In this document: piece by piece, positions 17,971 through 27,185 of the stretch
How the letters are laid out: the number at the start of each line of letters is the position of its first letter
Position numbering within the stretch: the stretch's first letter is position 1
IMG/VR virus record: IMGVR_UViG_3300033076_000375
Coordinates: 64,001 to 128,000 of that record
Length of the DNA stretch: 64,000 bases
Direction: 5' to 3' (one strand)
Origin: a virus
Lineage: Duplodnaviria > Caudoviricetes
Program-made: the position numbers and the translations under genes
The notes under the pieces: model-generated
What the model was told of the DNA's origin: nothing
Database searches by the model: none
Seen by the model: the letters and a program-made list of their open reading frames with translations, nothing else

Positions 17971-18785
17971 TCGGAAACGTTAATGCTAAATTGTTGCTCG
18001 TAATCATGTTGGCAACTTACGCATTTGATTTTCAATGGTTTAGATTCAGTGCTTTGTTTCAACTTGATACTATGATTCTTAATCAAATCAAACGCAGTAA
18101 CATCAATGTTATTCAAAAACTCAACGATGTATGTTTTGTCTATTACGGTTGCTGTTGGTGTTTTGACGTACTCAATACTCTCCGCAATCATTTGGATAGA
18201 TATTGCATTTAGTTCGAGTAAAATTTGTTTGGATTTTTGATTACGTTCGTCATCGTCAGTGACTAATCTCAATCCTTGAATCGCTTTTTGAAACTGGAAC
18301 TGTTTTACACTAGTATCGTTAACAAGTTTAAACGTCAATGGTTTAAACTTGATTTTTATGTTTTCACCCAAACTTAGTGGAGTATCATAGTCACCTTGTG
18401 TAAAGGAACTTAGAATACCTGACAAGTTAATAGTGTACGTTGATGTCTCCTCACATTTTGGACAAACTGAACTTAGTTCCATTGTTCCACCGTGTGTTGC
18501 TGTCTTGATTGCCACTAAGATTGGGTCTAAGTCAACGTTTGATACAATCCAAGGATCTTTGATGTTCGGGGCGCAACTTTTAATAATCTCAACAACTGCG
18601 GTTCCATTAAACAATGCGTCCGGTGTACGTGCTGTGATTTCATCAATCGCAGTCATTGGATAGATTGGGATTTCACCGTTCTCTGGTAAATCTAATGAAC
18701 CTTCTGGATAACCAGCACCACCTGACGGTAGTTTCAAGTAGACTGATGGACGACGGAAATATTGCTGTAATGGATTTTGTTGCAT
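17958..18785 (-). CDS. gp26: Baseplate hub assembly chaperone, T4 gp26-like
   Basis: Motifs LPSGG..Y, P MTA.DE, D...ILVAIK.AT.G and two CxxC pairs (CPKC, CVSC). Ends in DFF. Confidence 0.7.
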   Translation of the reverse strand: MQQNPLQQYFRRPSVYLKLPSGGAGYPEGSLDLPENGEIPIYPMTAIDEITARTPDALFNGTAVVEIIKSCAPNIKDPWIVSNVDLDPILVAIKTATHGGTMELSSVCPKCEETSTYTINLSGILSSFTQGDYDTPLSLGENIKIKFKPLTFKLVNDTSVKQFQFQKAIQGLRLVTDDDERNQKSKQILLELNAISIQMIAESIEYVKTPTATVIDKTYIVEFLNNIDVTAFDLIKNHSIKLKQSTESKPLKIKCVSCQHDYEQQFSINVSDFFD

Positions 18786-18815
18786 TTTTGCTCCTAAAAA
18801 CGCACTTTTGTTTGT

Positions 18816-18845
18816 GCTAAATATATGTAATGCCCATTATTTATA
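18816..18845. promoter_or_regulatory. Face-to-face late promoters: GCTAAATA (+, 18816-18823) and TATAAATA (-, 18838-18845)
   Basis: Both motifs lie in the 70-nt gap between the divergent gp26-like and tape-measure-like genes. Confidence 0.6.
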
Positions 18846-18855
18846 GTTGGAAACC

Positions 18856-21204
18856 ATGAGTGAAAATATAAACCTAGACGATATAAGAAAACTATCAGAA
18901 GAAGTCAACTCGCTTGTTCAAAGTGGGGTGATTCCACTCAACGATGGAACCAAGAAAGTTGTTGACAAGTTTGCTGACCTTGCAGATGCAGTTAGTAAAG
19001 TTAAAATGGATGACCTAGGTAAGTCCGCTGTAAAAGTAAAAAATGCGCTAGATAATGTCACTGACGCAACCAAAGATTTAATTGAAAAAGAAGAAGAATT
19101 AGCAGACGAATTCGGCAAACTCACTGGTGGAGCACTAAAGAAATTTGGTAAAGAAATGTTGTCGGCTGCAGGTGATTTCCTATCAGCAGTCAATGATGTA
19201 AGTAATGGATATGGTAAGTACGCAAAGAGTGTTGAACACGTTGGGAAAGCCGCAAAAGATTTAGCTAGTAATTTTGGTACATATGGTGAAATGGCAGGAT
19301 GGTCTGCTGAGAAGATGGCAGAGTGGACTGCTGAAAGTTTACGCCAAAATGATGTACTAAACAAAACCTTTGAAACATTATCTAAGTTTGGACAAGTTGA
19401 TGATTCTGACTTGAGAAAGATGATGGATAGTTTTCATTATGCTGGTTTATCTGTTAAAGATACTGAAGCATATATACAAGCAGTTACAAAAGCATCATCT
19501 TCACTCGCCGCTTTTGGATCATCAGCCGCTGAAGGTCGCAGAGTTTATGATGAGCAACTTAGAGGTATATTACTAAACGAAGAAGAACGTAAACGTTTTT
19601 CTAGAATGGGATATAATGCCCAAGACATGGTAGAAACTTCTGCCAACATTATGTCTAACTTAGCATTATCACAACGTGGGCAGAAAGCCGATACGGTAGC
19701 ACTACACAAAGCAACAACTGAATATTTGGAAACACAAGCTGAATTAACTGCATTGACAGGTCAAAGCAGAGATGAAGCGATGCAAGCCAGAAAAGCAGAA
19801 GAGGAAGACGTTGCGTTTCAAATTCACTTAGCACAACTTTCTAAAACTCCCGAAGGCGCTATCCAAGCAGAGAATCAACGAATTGCTGCACAACAAGCAC
19901 GAGCATCAATGGGTGCTCAAGGTCAAACTGCATTACAACAGATGTTTAGAAACAGAGGCGACATGTCAATGGAGGCAAGTAGTCGTCTAGGCATGGTGGG
20001 TGGTCAGGGTGCAATGCAACAAATGTATCAGGCTACAATGAATGCAACTGGTACCGCACATGAGCGAACCGCAAGAATTATTGATGCACAACAACGTCTT
20101 TCTAAAAACATTTTAAAATACGGCGAGTATAATGCTGGTACATTGGGATATGCTAAAGGCGGACAACTAGCTGAGTTTATGATGACTCCTGATACGTACA
20201 AAGGAGTTGTCAGTTCATCAACTAAGTCAGGTAAAGATTTAGACGCAGTGGCAGCTGCAATGGGTAGAATACCAGTAGACGACAGAAGAGGTCGAAAAAC
20301 TGAACTTGAACTTGATGAGCAGAGATTTAAAGAAGTAACTGATAAAGCAACGTATGCAATGGGTGAAGTTGCAACCAAGTCAATTAATAAAATGGCTGGT
20401 GCCGCTGAAGCTGCGGCTGATAGTTTAGCAAAGATTGGTGACTTGACTGGAATGACCAACAATTGGCAATCAGGTAAACAGTCTAATACAAGTCCAGGTG
20501 GTTCTAGAAGTTCTGGAAGTTATAGTAGTTCAGGCGCCGGAGCAAAACCAAGTGGGCAAAATGTTTCTTCAGCCGAGTTAAAAGACATAGCACACTTGAT
20601 TAAACCGGGCGCACACACTAACGATAAGGTTGATTCTAAGTTAGTTGATATTATGCGCAAAGTTTCCACAGAAATACCTGGATTTAATAGATTCACTAGT
20701 GTCAATGATAGAAGTGATCCTAACTCAAAGCACTCAAAGGGTCAAGCATTTGACATGACACTTAATGATCCTACTCCGGAAAACATTGATGCGGCTATTA
20801 AAATTCTAAGAAGTCACGGTCTGTATGTTTTTGATGAATATAGACACAAATCTTCTAACTGGTCGGGTCCTCATTTACATGCAGGCTTGCAAGGTAGAAC
20901 AGGTGGCATCTTCTCTGGTCCCAAAACAGGTTATCAAGTTGAGTTGCATGGTAAAGAAGCTGTCATCCCGATGAGCAAATATAAAACAATGTTCAGTGAC
21001 AAGTCTAAAGGTGATGATTCTGTAACTAAACATCAGTTGTCTAACCCAGGCACAGCAGTATCATCGTCATCAAATAACTCTGATTCAGGTATATTGAAAC
21101 AGTTAATGAGTATGTTGATTGGTAGATTTGATGATATGATTTATGAGCTACAAACTGCAAATAGTGCCACAGCTACTATTGCTAAGAATTCTAAGAAGAA
21201 GTAA
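18856..21204 (+). CDS. Tape-measure-like tail protein with a C-terminal M15-type (LAS) Zn peptidase domain
   Basis: Long Ala-rich helical region, S.H..G.A.D (SKHSKGQAFD) and HLH motifs, and the GGIFSGP..GY.VELHG.EAVIP tape-measure-type motif. The ATG at 18856 is preferred over the TTG at 18847. Confidence 0.7.
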   Translation: MSENINLDDIRKLSEEVNSLVQSGVIPLNDGTKKVVDKFADLADAVSKVKMDDLGKSAVKVKNALDNVTDATKDLIEKEEELADEFGKLTGGALKKFGKEMLSAAGDFLSAVNDVSNGYGKYAKSVEHVGKAAKDLASNFGTYGEMAGWSAEKMAEWTAESLRQNDVLNKTFETLSKFGQVDDSDLRKMMDSFHYAGLSVKDTEAYIQAVTKASSSLAAFGSSAAEGRRVYDEQLRGILLNEEERKRFSRMGYNAQDMVETSANIMSNLALSQRGQKADTVALHKATTEYLETQAELTALTGQSRDEAMQARKAEEEDVAFQIHLAQLSKTPEGAIQAENQRIAAQQARASMGAQGQTALQQMFRNRGDMSMEASSRLGMVGGQGAMQQMYQATMNATGTAHERTARIIDAQQRLSKNILKYGEYNAGTLGYAKGGQLAEFMMTPDTYKGVVSSSTKSGKDLDAVAAAMGRIPVDDRRGRKTELELDEQRFKEVTDKATYAMGEVATKSINKMAGAAEAAADSLAKIGDLTGMTNNWQSGKQSNTSPGGSRSSGSYSSSGAGAKPSGQNVSSAELKDIAHLIKPGAHTNDKVDSKLVDIMRKVSTEIPGFNRFTSVNDRSDPNSKHSKGQAFDMTLNDPTPENIDAAIKILRSHGLYVFDEYRHKSSNWSGPHLHAGLQGRTGGIFSGPKTGYQVELHGKEAVIPMSKYKTMFSDKSKGDDSVTKHQLSNPGTAVSSSSNNSDSGILKQLMSMLIGRFDDMIYELQTANSATATIAKNSKKK

Positions 21205-21222
21205 TTTCAATACGGGATAACA

Positions 21223-21230
21223 GATAAATA
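21223..21230 (+). promoter_or_regulatory. Late promoter GATAAATA
   Basis: 7 nt upstream of the portal ATG. Confidence 0.65.
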
Positions 21231-21237
21231 TATCACT

Positions 21238-23010
21238 ATGACTTATAAGAAGCGTTTTTCCAACACTACAGGGCAGTCTAGCCCAATCTCAGGTGCTAAT
21301 AGTAACCACGGTGCGTGGAACTTCGGCGGTGTAACTGATCCAAATCAAGGTACACAACAGTTCGGGTATCGTAACTATCAAAGTCGATTACCAGAAGTAT
21401 ATACAGGTCATCCAAACCGAATCGAACGATATAATCAATATGAAATGATGGACGTTGATGCTGAAATCAACGCATGTTTAGATATTATCAGCGAATTTAG
21501 TACTCAAAAAAACGAACAAAATAATACACCATTTGAAGTTACTTTCCATGAAGACCCTACTCCCCATGAAGTTGAACTTATAAAAAAGCAACTTCAGCAG
21601 TGGTGTAAACTAAACGAGTTTGAAACTCGTATGTTTAAAATCTTCCGTAACACAATCAAGTACGGAGACCAAGTATTCATTCGTGATCCAGAAAACTTTA
21701 AGTTATACTGGGTTGACATGGTTAAAGTTAGTAAAGTTATCGTTAACGAAGCTGAAGGCAAGAAGCCTGAGCAATATGTAGTTAAAGATATCAACCCAAA
21801 CTTACAGAATCTATCAGTTGCTCAAAAAGTTTCTAATGACTTTGCGGCTAACCCAAGCACAGGCTTCGGTGGTACTGGTGGCGGCATCGGTTCACAGGGT
21901 TATAATGTTCCAAGTATGCCAAGTGGCACAACTGGTTCACGTTTTGCAATGGCACAAAATGAAGCTGCGATTGACGCAAAGCACGTTATGCACTTGAGTT
22001 TGACAGAAGGTCTTGACCGCTTCTGGCCGTTTGGTCAGTCTGTTTTAGAAAACGTTTTCAAGGTATACAAGCAAAAAGAATTGTTAGAAGATGCGATTCT
22101 AATCTATCGTATATCACGTGCACCAGAACGCAGAGTATTCAAAATTGACGTTGGTAATATGCCAAGTCACATGGCTATGGCGTTTGTAGACAGAGTTAAG
22201 AACGAAATTCACCAACGTAGAATCCCATCATCTCAAGGTGGCGCAGCAATGATGGACGCAACATACAATCCATTATCAATGAACGAAGATTACTTCTTCC
22301 CTGTAACTGCTGACGGTCGTGGTTCAGACGTAACAACACTAGCAGGTGGTGCTAATTTGGGTGAAATTGATGACTTGCGTTATTTTAACAACAGACTAGC
22401 AAGAGGCTTACGTGTGCCAGCTAGCTACTTACCGCAAGGTCCTGAAGACAATCCTACTCCATTGAGTGATGGTCGTGTTGGTACAGCGATGATTCAAGAA
22501 TTTCGCTTCAATGAGTATTGCAAACGCTTGCAAAACTATGTAAGTCAGAAATTAAATGACGAATTCAAGTTGTTTATGCGTTGGAGAGGATTGAACATTG
22601 ATAGTTCATTGTTCGATATTAAATTCAACAATCCGCAGAATTTCGCATCATATCGTCAAGCAGAAGTTGATACTGCTCGTGTATCAGTATTCCAAACAAT
22701 GGAGCAATTACCGTACATTAGTAAGCGTTTTGCTTTAGAACGCTTCTTGGGCTTGACTAAAGAAGAAATTGAAGAAAATAGTAAGTTGTGGTTTGAAGAA
22801 CGTGAAGAACCACAAACAGATGATGCTAAGGGAAGTGATTTGCGTAGTATCGGTATCAGTTCAGGTGATTTGGAAACAGATACTGAAGATGCTGAATCAC
22901 TTGAAGACATGCCACCAGAAGGTGAAATGCCACCTGAAATGGGTCCAGCAGTAGCAGGTCCTGAAGCAATGCCACAGGGCGGCGGAGTTCCTCCCCCTCC
23001 TCCAGTCTAA
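21238..23010 (+). CDS. gp20: Portal vertex protein, T4 gp20-like
   Basis: Motifs LLEDAILIYRISRAPERRVFKIDVGNMP, EDYFFP, TLAGGANLGEIDD..YF...L.RGLRVP and QEFRF. Confidence 0.93.
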   Translation: MTYKKRFSNTTGQSSPISGANSNHGAWNFGGVTDPNQGTQQFGYRNYQSRLPEVYTGHPNRIERYNQYEMMDVDAEINACLDIISEFSTQKNEQNNTPFEVTFHEDPTPHEVELIKKQLQQWCKLNEFETRMFKIFRNTIKYGDQVFIRDPENFKLYWVDMVKVSKVIVNEAEGKKPEQYVVKDINPNLQNLSVAQKVSNDFAANPSTGFGGTGGGIGSQGYNVPSMPSGTTGSRFAMAQNEAAIDAKHVMHLSLTEGLDRFWPFGQSVLENVFKVYKQKELLEDAILIYRISRAPERRVFKIDVGNMPSHMAMAFVDRVKNEIHQRRIPSSQGGAAMMDATYNPLSMNEDYFFPVTADGRGSDVTTLAGGANLGEIDDLRYFNNRLARGLRVPASYLPQGPEDNPTPLSDGRVGTAMIQEFRFNEYCKRLQNYVSQKLNDEFKLFMRWRGLNIDSSLFDIKFNNPQNFASYRQAEVDTARVSVFQTMEQLPYISKRFALERFLGLTKEEIEENSKLWFEEREEPQTDDAKGSDLRSIGISSGDLETDTEDAESLEDMPPEGEMPPEMGPAVAGPEAMPQGGGVPPPPPV

Positions 23011-23012
23011 GA

Positions 23013-23020
23013 GATAAATA
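23013..23020 (+). promoter_or_regulatory. Late promoter GATAAATA
   Basis: Exactly 5 nt upstream of the ATG at 23026. Confidence 0.65.
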
Positions 23021-23025
23021 ATAGT

Positions 23026-23250
23026 ATGAAATTATTTGAAATGTACGCTCAACCAATTGAAGGTTATCAGGACGTTAGTACTGATAATAGCAAAGTCAAA
23101 TGGAAAGAGACTAGAAAATCTAAGCTAACTTTGCGTCAAATTCGCAAGTTGCGTAAGATGATGGACGTTCGTAACTACGAAAAAGTATCCAACCTTAAGA
23201 AAGTTCGTACACAATATAAGCCGGTTAATCCCGAACAACCGTCACTATAA
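23026..23250 (+). CDS. Small basic head-module protein, hypothetical
   Basis: 74 aa with RKSKLTLRQIRKLRKM. Lies between the portal and prohead core genes. Confidence 0.65.
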   Translation: MKLFEMYAQPIEGYQDVSTDNSKVKWKETRKSKLTLRQIRKLRKMMDVRNYEKVSNLKKVRTQYKPVNPEQPSL

Positions 23251-23280
23251 TCGCATATTCCTAGTGAAAATGCAAAAAAC

Positions 23281-23304
23281 TAGCACTTATTGTGCTATTT
23301 TTTT
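23281..23304 (+). terminator. Intrinsic terminator (possibly bidirectional)
   Basis: TAGCAC-TTATT-GTGCTA followed by T7 and preceded by an A-tract. Confidence 0.6.
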
Positions 23305-23312
23305 GTCTAGCC

Positions 23313-23320
23313 ACTAAATA
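23313..23320 (+). promoter_or_regulatory. Late promoter ACTAAATA for the core/protease/scaffold/capsid operon
   Basis: Follows the terminator, with an AGGAG ribosome-binding site downstream. Confidence 0.6.
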
Positions 23321-23357
23321 TTTTTACAAAAGCCATTTCTAATCAGGAGACAAAATA

Positions 23358-24170
23358 ATGGATAACAAAAAATTTGAACAACTTATTGATTTGATTATCA
23401 ATGAGAATGAAGAACAAGCTCGTGCTTTATTCCACGATATCGTGGTAGAGAAGTCACGTGAAATCTATGAATCAATCATGGACGAAGAATTCGGTGGTCA
23501 AGACCAAGTCGGCGGTTTAGTTGACGAAATCGCTGCCGAAGAAGAAGGCATGGTTGAAGCTGAAGATGAATTCGCTGACATCGGTGACGAAGGTGACGAA
23601 GAAGTTGCATTAGACTCAGACGATATCGGTGGTGAAGAAACAGGCGAAGAAGATTTAGAAGACCGCGTTGTTGACTTGGAAGACAAGTTGGAAGAACTAG
23701 TCGCTGAATTTGAAGCTATCATGTCAGGTGAAGAAGCTGGCGAAGAAGAATTCGGCGGCGAAGAAGCCGGTGAAGAAGACTTCGGTGGTGAAGATGAAAT
23801 GATGGAATCTGACGAAGAAGAACTAGAAGAAGAAACTCTAGAAGAAGCAGTTCAGTTGCAAAAAGTTTCTGTAACACACGGTGACAACGGTCAAAACACT
23901 AAGTCAATCGTTTCTAGTGGTCCAAAAGTTGGTGGCAATGGCGCTAAAGCTGTTTCTGCTGGCGGTGAGTCAACTAAAGGTGGCACACAAGGCGGTTTGT
24001 TGAACCCAGCTACTAAAGACTTGCCAGGTGCAGGTAAATTCAGAAACGCACCAGGACAAAAAGGTCAAGACTTAGAATCAGCACCAAAAGCAAAGCATGG
24101 TGATAACGGTCAAAACTCAAAATCAATCGTTGGCGAGTCTCGCAAGACTGTCAAGAAGATTGTTAAGTAA
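23358..24170 (+). CDS. Acidic prohead core / internal protein
   Basis: Very Glu/Asp-rich N-terminal two-thirds and a basic Gly/Lys tail. Located where T4 has gp67/gp68, between portal and protease. Confidence 0.6.
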   Translation: MDNKKFEQLIDLIINENEEQARALFHDIVVEKSREIYESIMDEEFGGQDQVGGLVDEIAAEEEGMVEAEDEFADIGDEGDEEVALDSDDIGGEETGEEDLEDRVVDLEDKLEELVAEFEAIMSGEEAGEEEFGGEEAGEEDFGGEDEMMESDEEELEEETLEEAVQLQKVSVTHGDNGQNTKSIVSSGPKVGGNGAKAVSAGGESTKGGTQGGLLNPATKDLPGAGKFRNAPGQKGQDLESAPKAKHGDNGQNSKSIVGESRKTVKKIVK

Positions 24171-24184
24171 GGATACCTGAGAAA

Positions 24185-24820
24185 ATGGCTTTGTATCTCA
24201 GAGAAAACCTAACATTCGACCGCGCCAATATCGTGGTTGAGAGTGAAGGTGAAGGCAGTAAGAAGTCCCTTTATATGAAAGGGATCTTCATTCAGGGCGG
24301 GGTAAAAAACGCTAACGAGCGTGTTTACCCTGTTTCCGAAATTGATAACGCTGTCAATACTCTCAATGAACAAATCAAAACAGGCTATTCCGTACTTGGT
24401 GAAGTTGACCACCCAGATGATTTAAAAATCAATTTGGATCGTGTATCACATATGATTACTCAAATGTGGATGGATGGTCCAAATGGATTCGGCAAGTTAA
24501 AGATTTTACCTACCCCAATGGGACAACTAGTGTCTACTATGTTGGAGAGTGGTGTAAAATTAGGCGTAAGTTCACGTGGTAGCGGTAACGTTAACGACAT
24601 GAACGGACAGGTTAGTGACTTTGAAATAGTCACGGTTGATATTGTCGCTCAACCTAGTGCACCTAATGCATACCCTAAAGCAATTTATGAAGGCATGATG
24701 AATATGCGTCATGGTCATAAAATGTTGGATATTGCAAAAGACGCACAAGCAGACAGAAAAGTACAGAGATACCTTCAAGAGGAAGTAACACGCCTCATCA
24801 AGGATCTCAAAATTAAATAA
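24185..24820 (+). CDS. gp21: Prohead protease, T4 gp21-like
   Basis: Motifs GIFIQ...KNAN.RVYP, LGE.DHP, LGVSSRG.G and DIVA.PSAP.A. Confidence 0.93.
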   Translation: MALYLRENLTFDRANIVVESEGEGSKKSLYMKGIFIQGGVKNANERVYPVSEIDNAVNTLNEQIKTGYSVLGEVDHPDDLKINLDRVSHMITQMWMDGPNGFGKLKILPTPMGQLVSTMLESGVKLGVSSRGSGNVNDMNGQVSDFEIVTVDIVAQPSAPNAYPKAIYEGMMNMRHGHKMLDIAKDAQADRKVQRYLQEEVTRLIKDLKIK

Positions 24821-24832
24821 GGGGATACAAGC

Positions 24833-25930
24833 ATGTTAGATGCTATCAAACCATTACTTGAATCTGGTCTTATTAACGAAGAAACTTCTTCTGCTTTGAA
24901 TGAAGCATGGGAATCTAAGTTAAATGAAGCTAGAGAGCAAGTTCGTGCTGAACTACGTGAAGAATTTGCACAACGTTACGAGCATGATAAATCAGTTATG
25001 GTCGAAGCCCTAGATAAAATGGTATCAGAAGGTCTATCAGCAGAGATTGAAGAATTCAACGCTGAAAGACAAGCAATGAACGAAGACCGCGTTAAAGCTC
25101 AAGTAAAATTGCGTGAAAACGTTAGCAAGTTCAATGATTTCATGGTTAAACACCTATCAGAAGAAATCAAAGAACTACGTGCAGAACGTAAGCTACAGTT
25201 AGAAAGTCAGCAAAAGTTGGAACAATTCGTTGTTTCTGCTCTAGCACGTGAAATCAAAGAATTCTCACAAGACAAGCAAGCTGTTGTTGAAGCTAAGGTT
25301 AAGTTAGTTGCTGAAGGTCGTTCACAGTTACAAGCATTGAAGGCAAAATTTGTTGCTGAATCTGCTAAACGTGTAAACGAATCTGTTACTAAACATCTAA
25401 AAGGTGAAATGACCCAATTGAAAGAAGATATCCAGATTGCTCGTGCAAACGATTTCGGTCGCCGTATTTTCGAATCATTCGCAACAGAATTCTCTGCTAC
25501 TCACTTAAATGAAAAAGCCGAGACACGTAAGCTAATGTCTGCATTGGCTGAAAAAGAACAGCAATTAGCTGAGTCTATAAAACAAATCAACGAAGCTAAG
25601 AAGCTAGTTGAATCAAAAGAACGTGAAGTTCGTATTATCAAAGAATCTAATAGTCGTACAAAGACTATGGACGAATTGCTATCTACTCTAAATGAGGAAA
25701 AAGCAGTTGTAATGCGTAACTTACTAGAAAGCGTGCAAACACCAAAATTGCAAGCCGCTTTCGATAAGTATCTACCAGCAGTTCTCAATACCGCAGTTGA
25801 AAAGAAAGCTACAAAGCAAGTAATTTCTGAAAGCGTTAAAGAAGTAACTGGGGATAAAACTGCCATCAAACATGTTGAAGCCGAAGGACGTGATAACGTT
25901 ATCGACATTAGACGTTTGGCCGGGCTCTAA
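24833..25930 (+). CDS. gp22: Prohead scaffolding protein, T4 gp22-like
   Basis: Coiled-coil, Glu/Lys-rich protein between the protease and the major capsid gene, with many (L/I)-x-E sites. Confidence 0.75.
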   Translation: MLDAIKPLLESGLINEETSSALNEAWESKLNEAREQVRAELREEFAQRYEHDKSVMVEALDKMVSEGLSAEIEEFNAERQAMNEDRVKAQVKLRENVSKFNDFMVKHLSEEIKELRAERKLQLESQQKLEQFVVSALAREIKEFSQDKQAVVEAKVKLVAEGRSQLQALKAKFVAESAKRVNESVTKHLKGEMTQLKEDIQIARANDFGRRIFESFATEFSATHLNEKAETRKLMSALAEKEQQLAESIKQINEAKKLVESKEREVRIIKESNSRTKTMDELLSTLNEEKAVVMRNLLESVQTPKLQAAFDKYLPAVLNTAVEKKATKQVISESVKEVTGDKTAIKHVEAEGRDNVIDIRRLAGL

Positions 25931-25960
25931 ACAAGACATAAAAATTAGGAGATTATAAAA

Positions 25961-27142
25961 ATGTCACAAGTTCTATTAGAAAGCCGTTGGGACGAGACCA
26001 AAGAAACCCTGCTAGAAGGTCTAAAAGGTACTCGCCGCTCAACTATGGGTGTTATCTTGGAAAACACTCGCAAGTCACTATTGGCTGAATCTGCAGCCGG
26101 TACAACTACTGCTGGTAACGTAGCAACACTAAACCGTGTTATTCTACCAGTTATCCGTCGTGTAATGCCAACAGTTATCGCTAACGAGTTGGTAGGCGTT
26201 CAGCCAATGACAGGTCCAGTTGGTCAGATCCACACACTACGTGTACGTTATGCAGAAACAGTTGCTGCTAACGGTGGTATCGTTGGTACGACAGCTGGTG
26301 AAGAAGCATTGTCACCATTCAAGATTGCTGAACAATATTCTTCAGCAACTAATGATGGTAAGGCTACATCTACAGCGTCATTAGAAGGCCAAGGCGGTCG
26401 TCAAATCAGCGTACAAATCTTGCGTCAAGCTGTTGAAGCTAAGTCACGTAAGTTGCAAGCACGTTGGACATTTGAAGCTGCTCAAGACGCTCAATCACAA
26501 CACGGTATTGACGTTGAAGCAGAAATTATGGCTGCTCTAGCACAAGAAATCACTGCTGAAATCGACCAAGAAATCTTGTTGTCTCTAGGTTCTTTAGCAA
26601 CGGTTGAAGATACATACAACCAAGCAAACGTAAGTGGTACAGCTACTTTCGTTGGTGACGAACACGCTGCTCTAGCTGTTCTAATCAACCGTGCTGCTAA
26701 CCGTATCGCTCAACGCACTCGCCGTGGCGCAGGTAACTGGGCTGTTGTTTCTCCAGCTGCATTGACAGTATTGCAATCTGCAACTACTTCTGCATTCGCT
26801 CGTACAACAGAAGGTACATTCGAAGCTCCAACAAACACTAAGTTAGTTGGTACATTGAACGGCGCTATGAAAGTTTATGTAAACTCATATGCAACTGACA
26901 ACGCTAACGTTCTAGTTGGTTACAAGGGTTCAAGCGAAACTGACGCTGCTGCGTTCTATTGCCCATACATCCCATTGATGTCATCTGGTGTTGTTCTAGA
27001 CCCAGCAACATTCGAACCAGTCGTATCATTTATGACTCGTTACGGTTATGTTGAGTTGACAAACACAGCATCATCATTCGGTAATGCTGCTGACTACTTG
27101 GCTGCTATCGGTATCAATAGCGACAACCTATCATTCTATTAA
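25961..27142 (+). CDS. gp23: Major capsid protein, T4 gp23-like
   Basis: Motifs RRVMP..IA.ELVGVQPMTGPVG.I, VEAKSRKL.A.WT.E.AQD...HGID.EAE, GYKG.SE.DA..FYCPYIPL and DP.TFEP...FMTRYG. Confidence 0.95.
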   Translation: MSQVLLESRWDETKETLLEGLKGTRRSTMGVILENTRKSLLAESAAGTTTAGNVATLNRVILPVIRRVMPTVIANELVGVQPMTGPVGQIHTLRVRYAETVAANGGIVGTTAGEEALSPFKIAEQYSSATNDGKATSTASLEGQGGRQISVQILRQAVEAKSRKLQARWTFEAAQDAQSQHGIDVEAEIMAALAQEITAEIDQEILLSLGSLATVEDTYNQANVSGTATFVGDEHAALAVLINRAANRIAQRTRRGAGNWAVVSPAALTVLQSATTSAFARTTEGTFEAPTNTKLVGTLNGAMKVYVNSYATDNANVLVGYKGSSETDAAAFYCPYIPLMSSGVVLDPATFEPVVSFMTRYGYVELTNTASSFGNAADYLAAIGINSDNLSFY

Positions 27143-27185
27143 TCATAGGATAAACTTTTTACCCTCGGGATGGGAAGTTACAATT

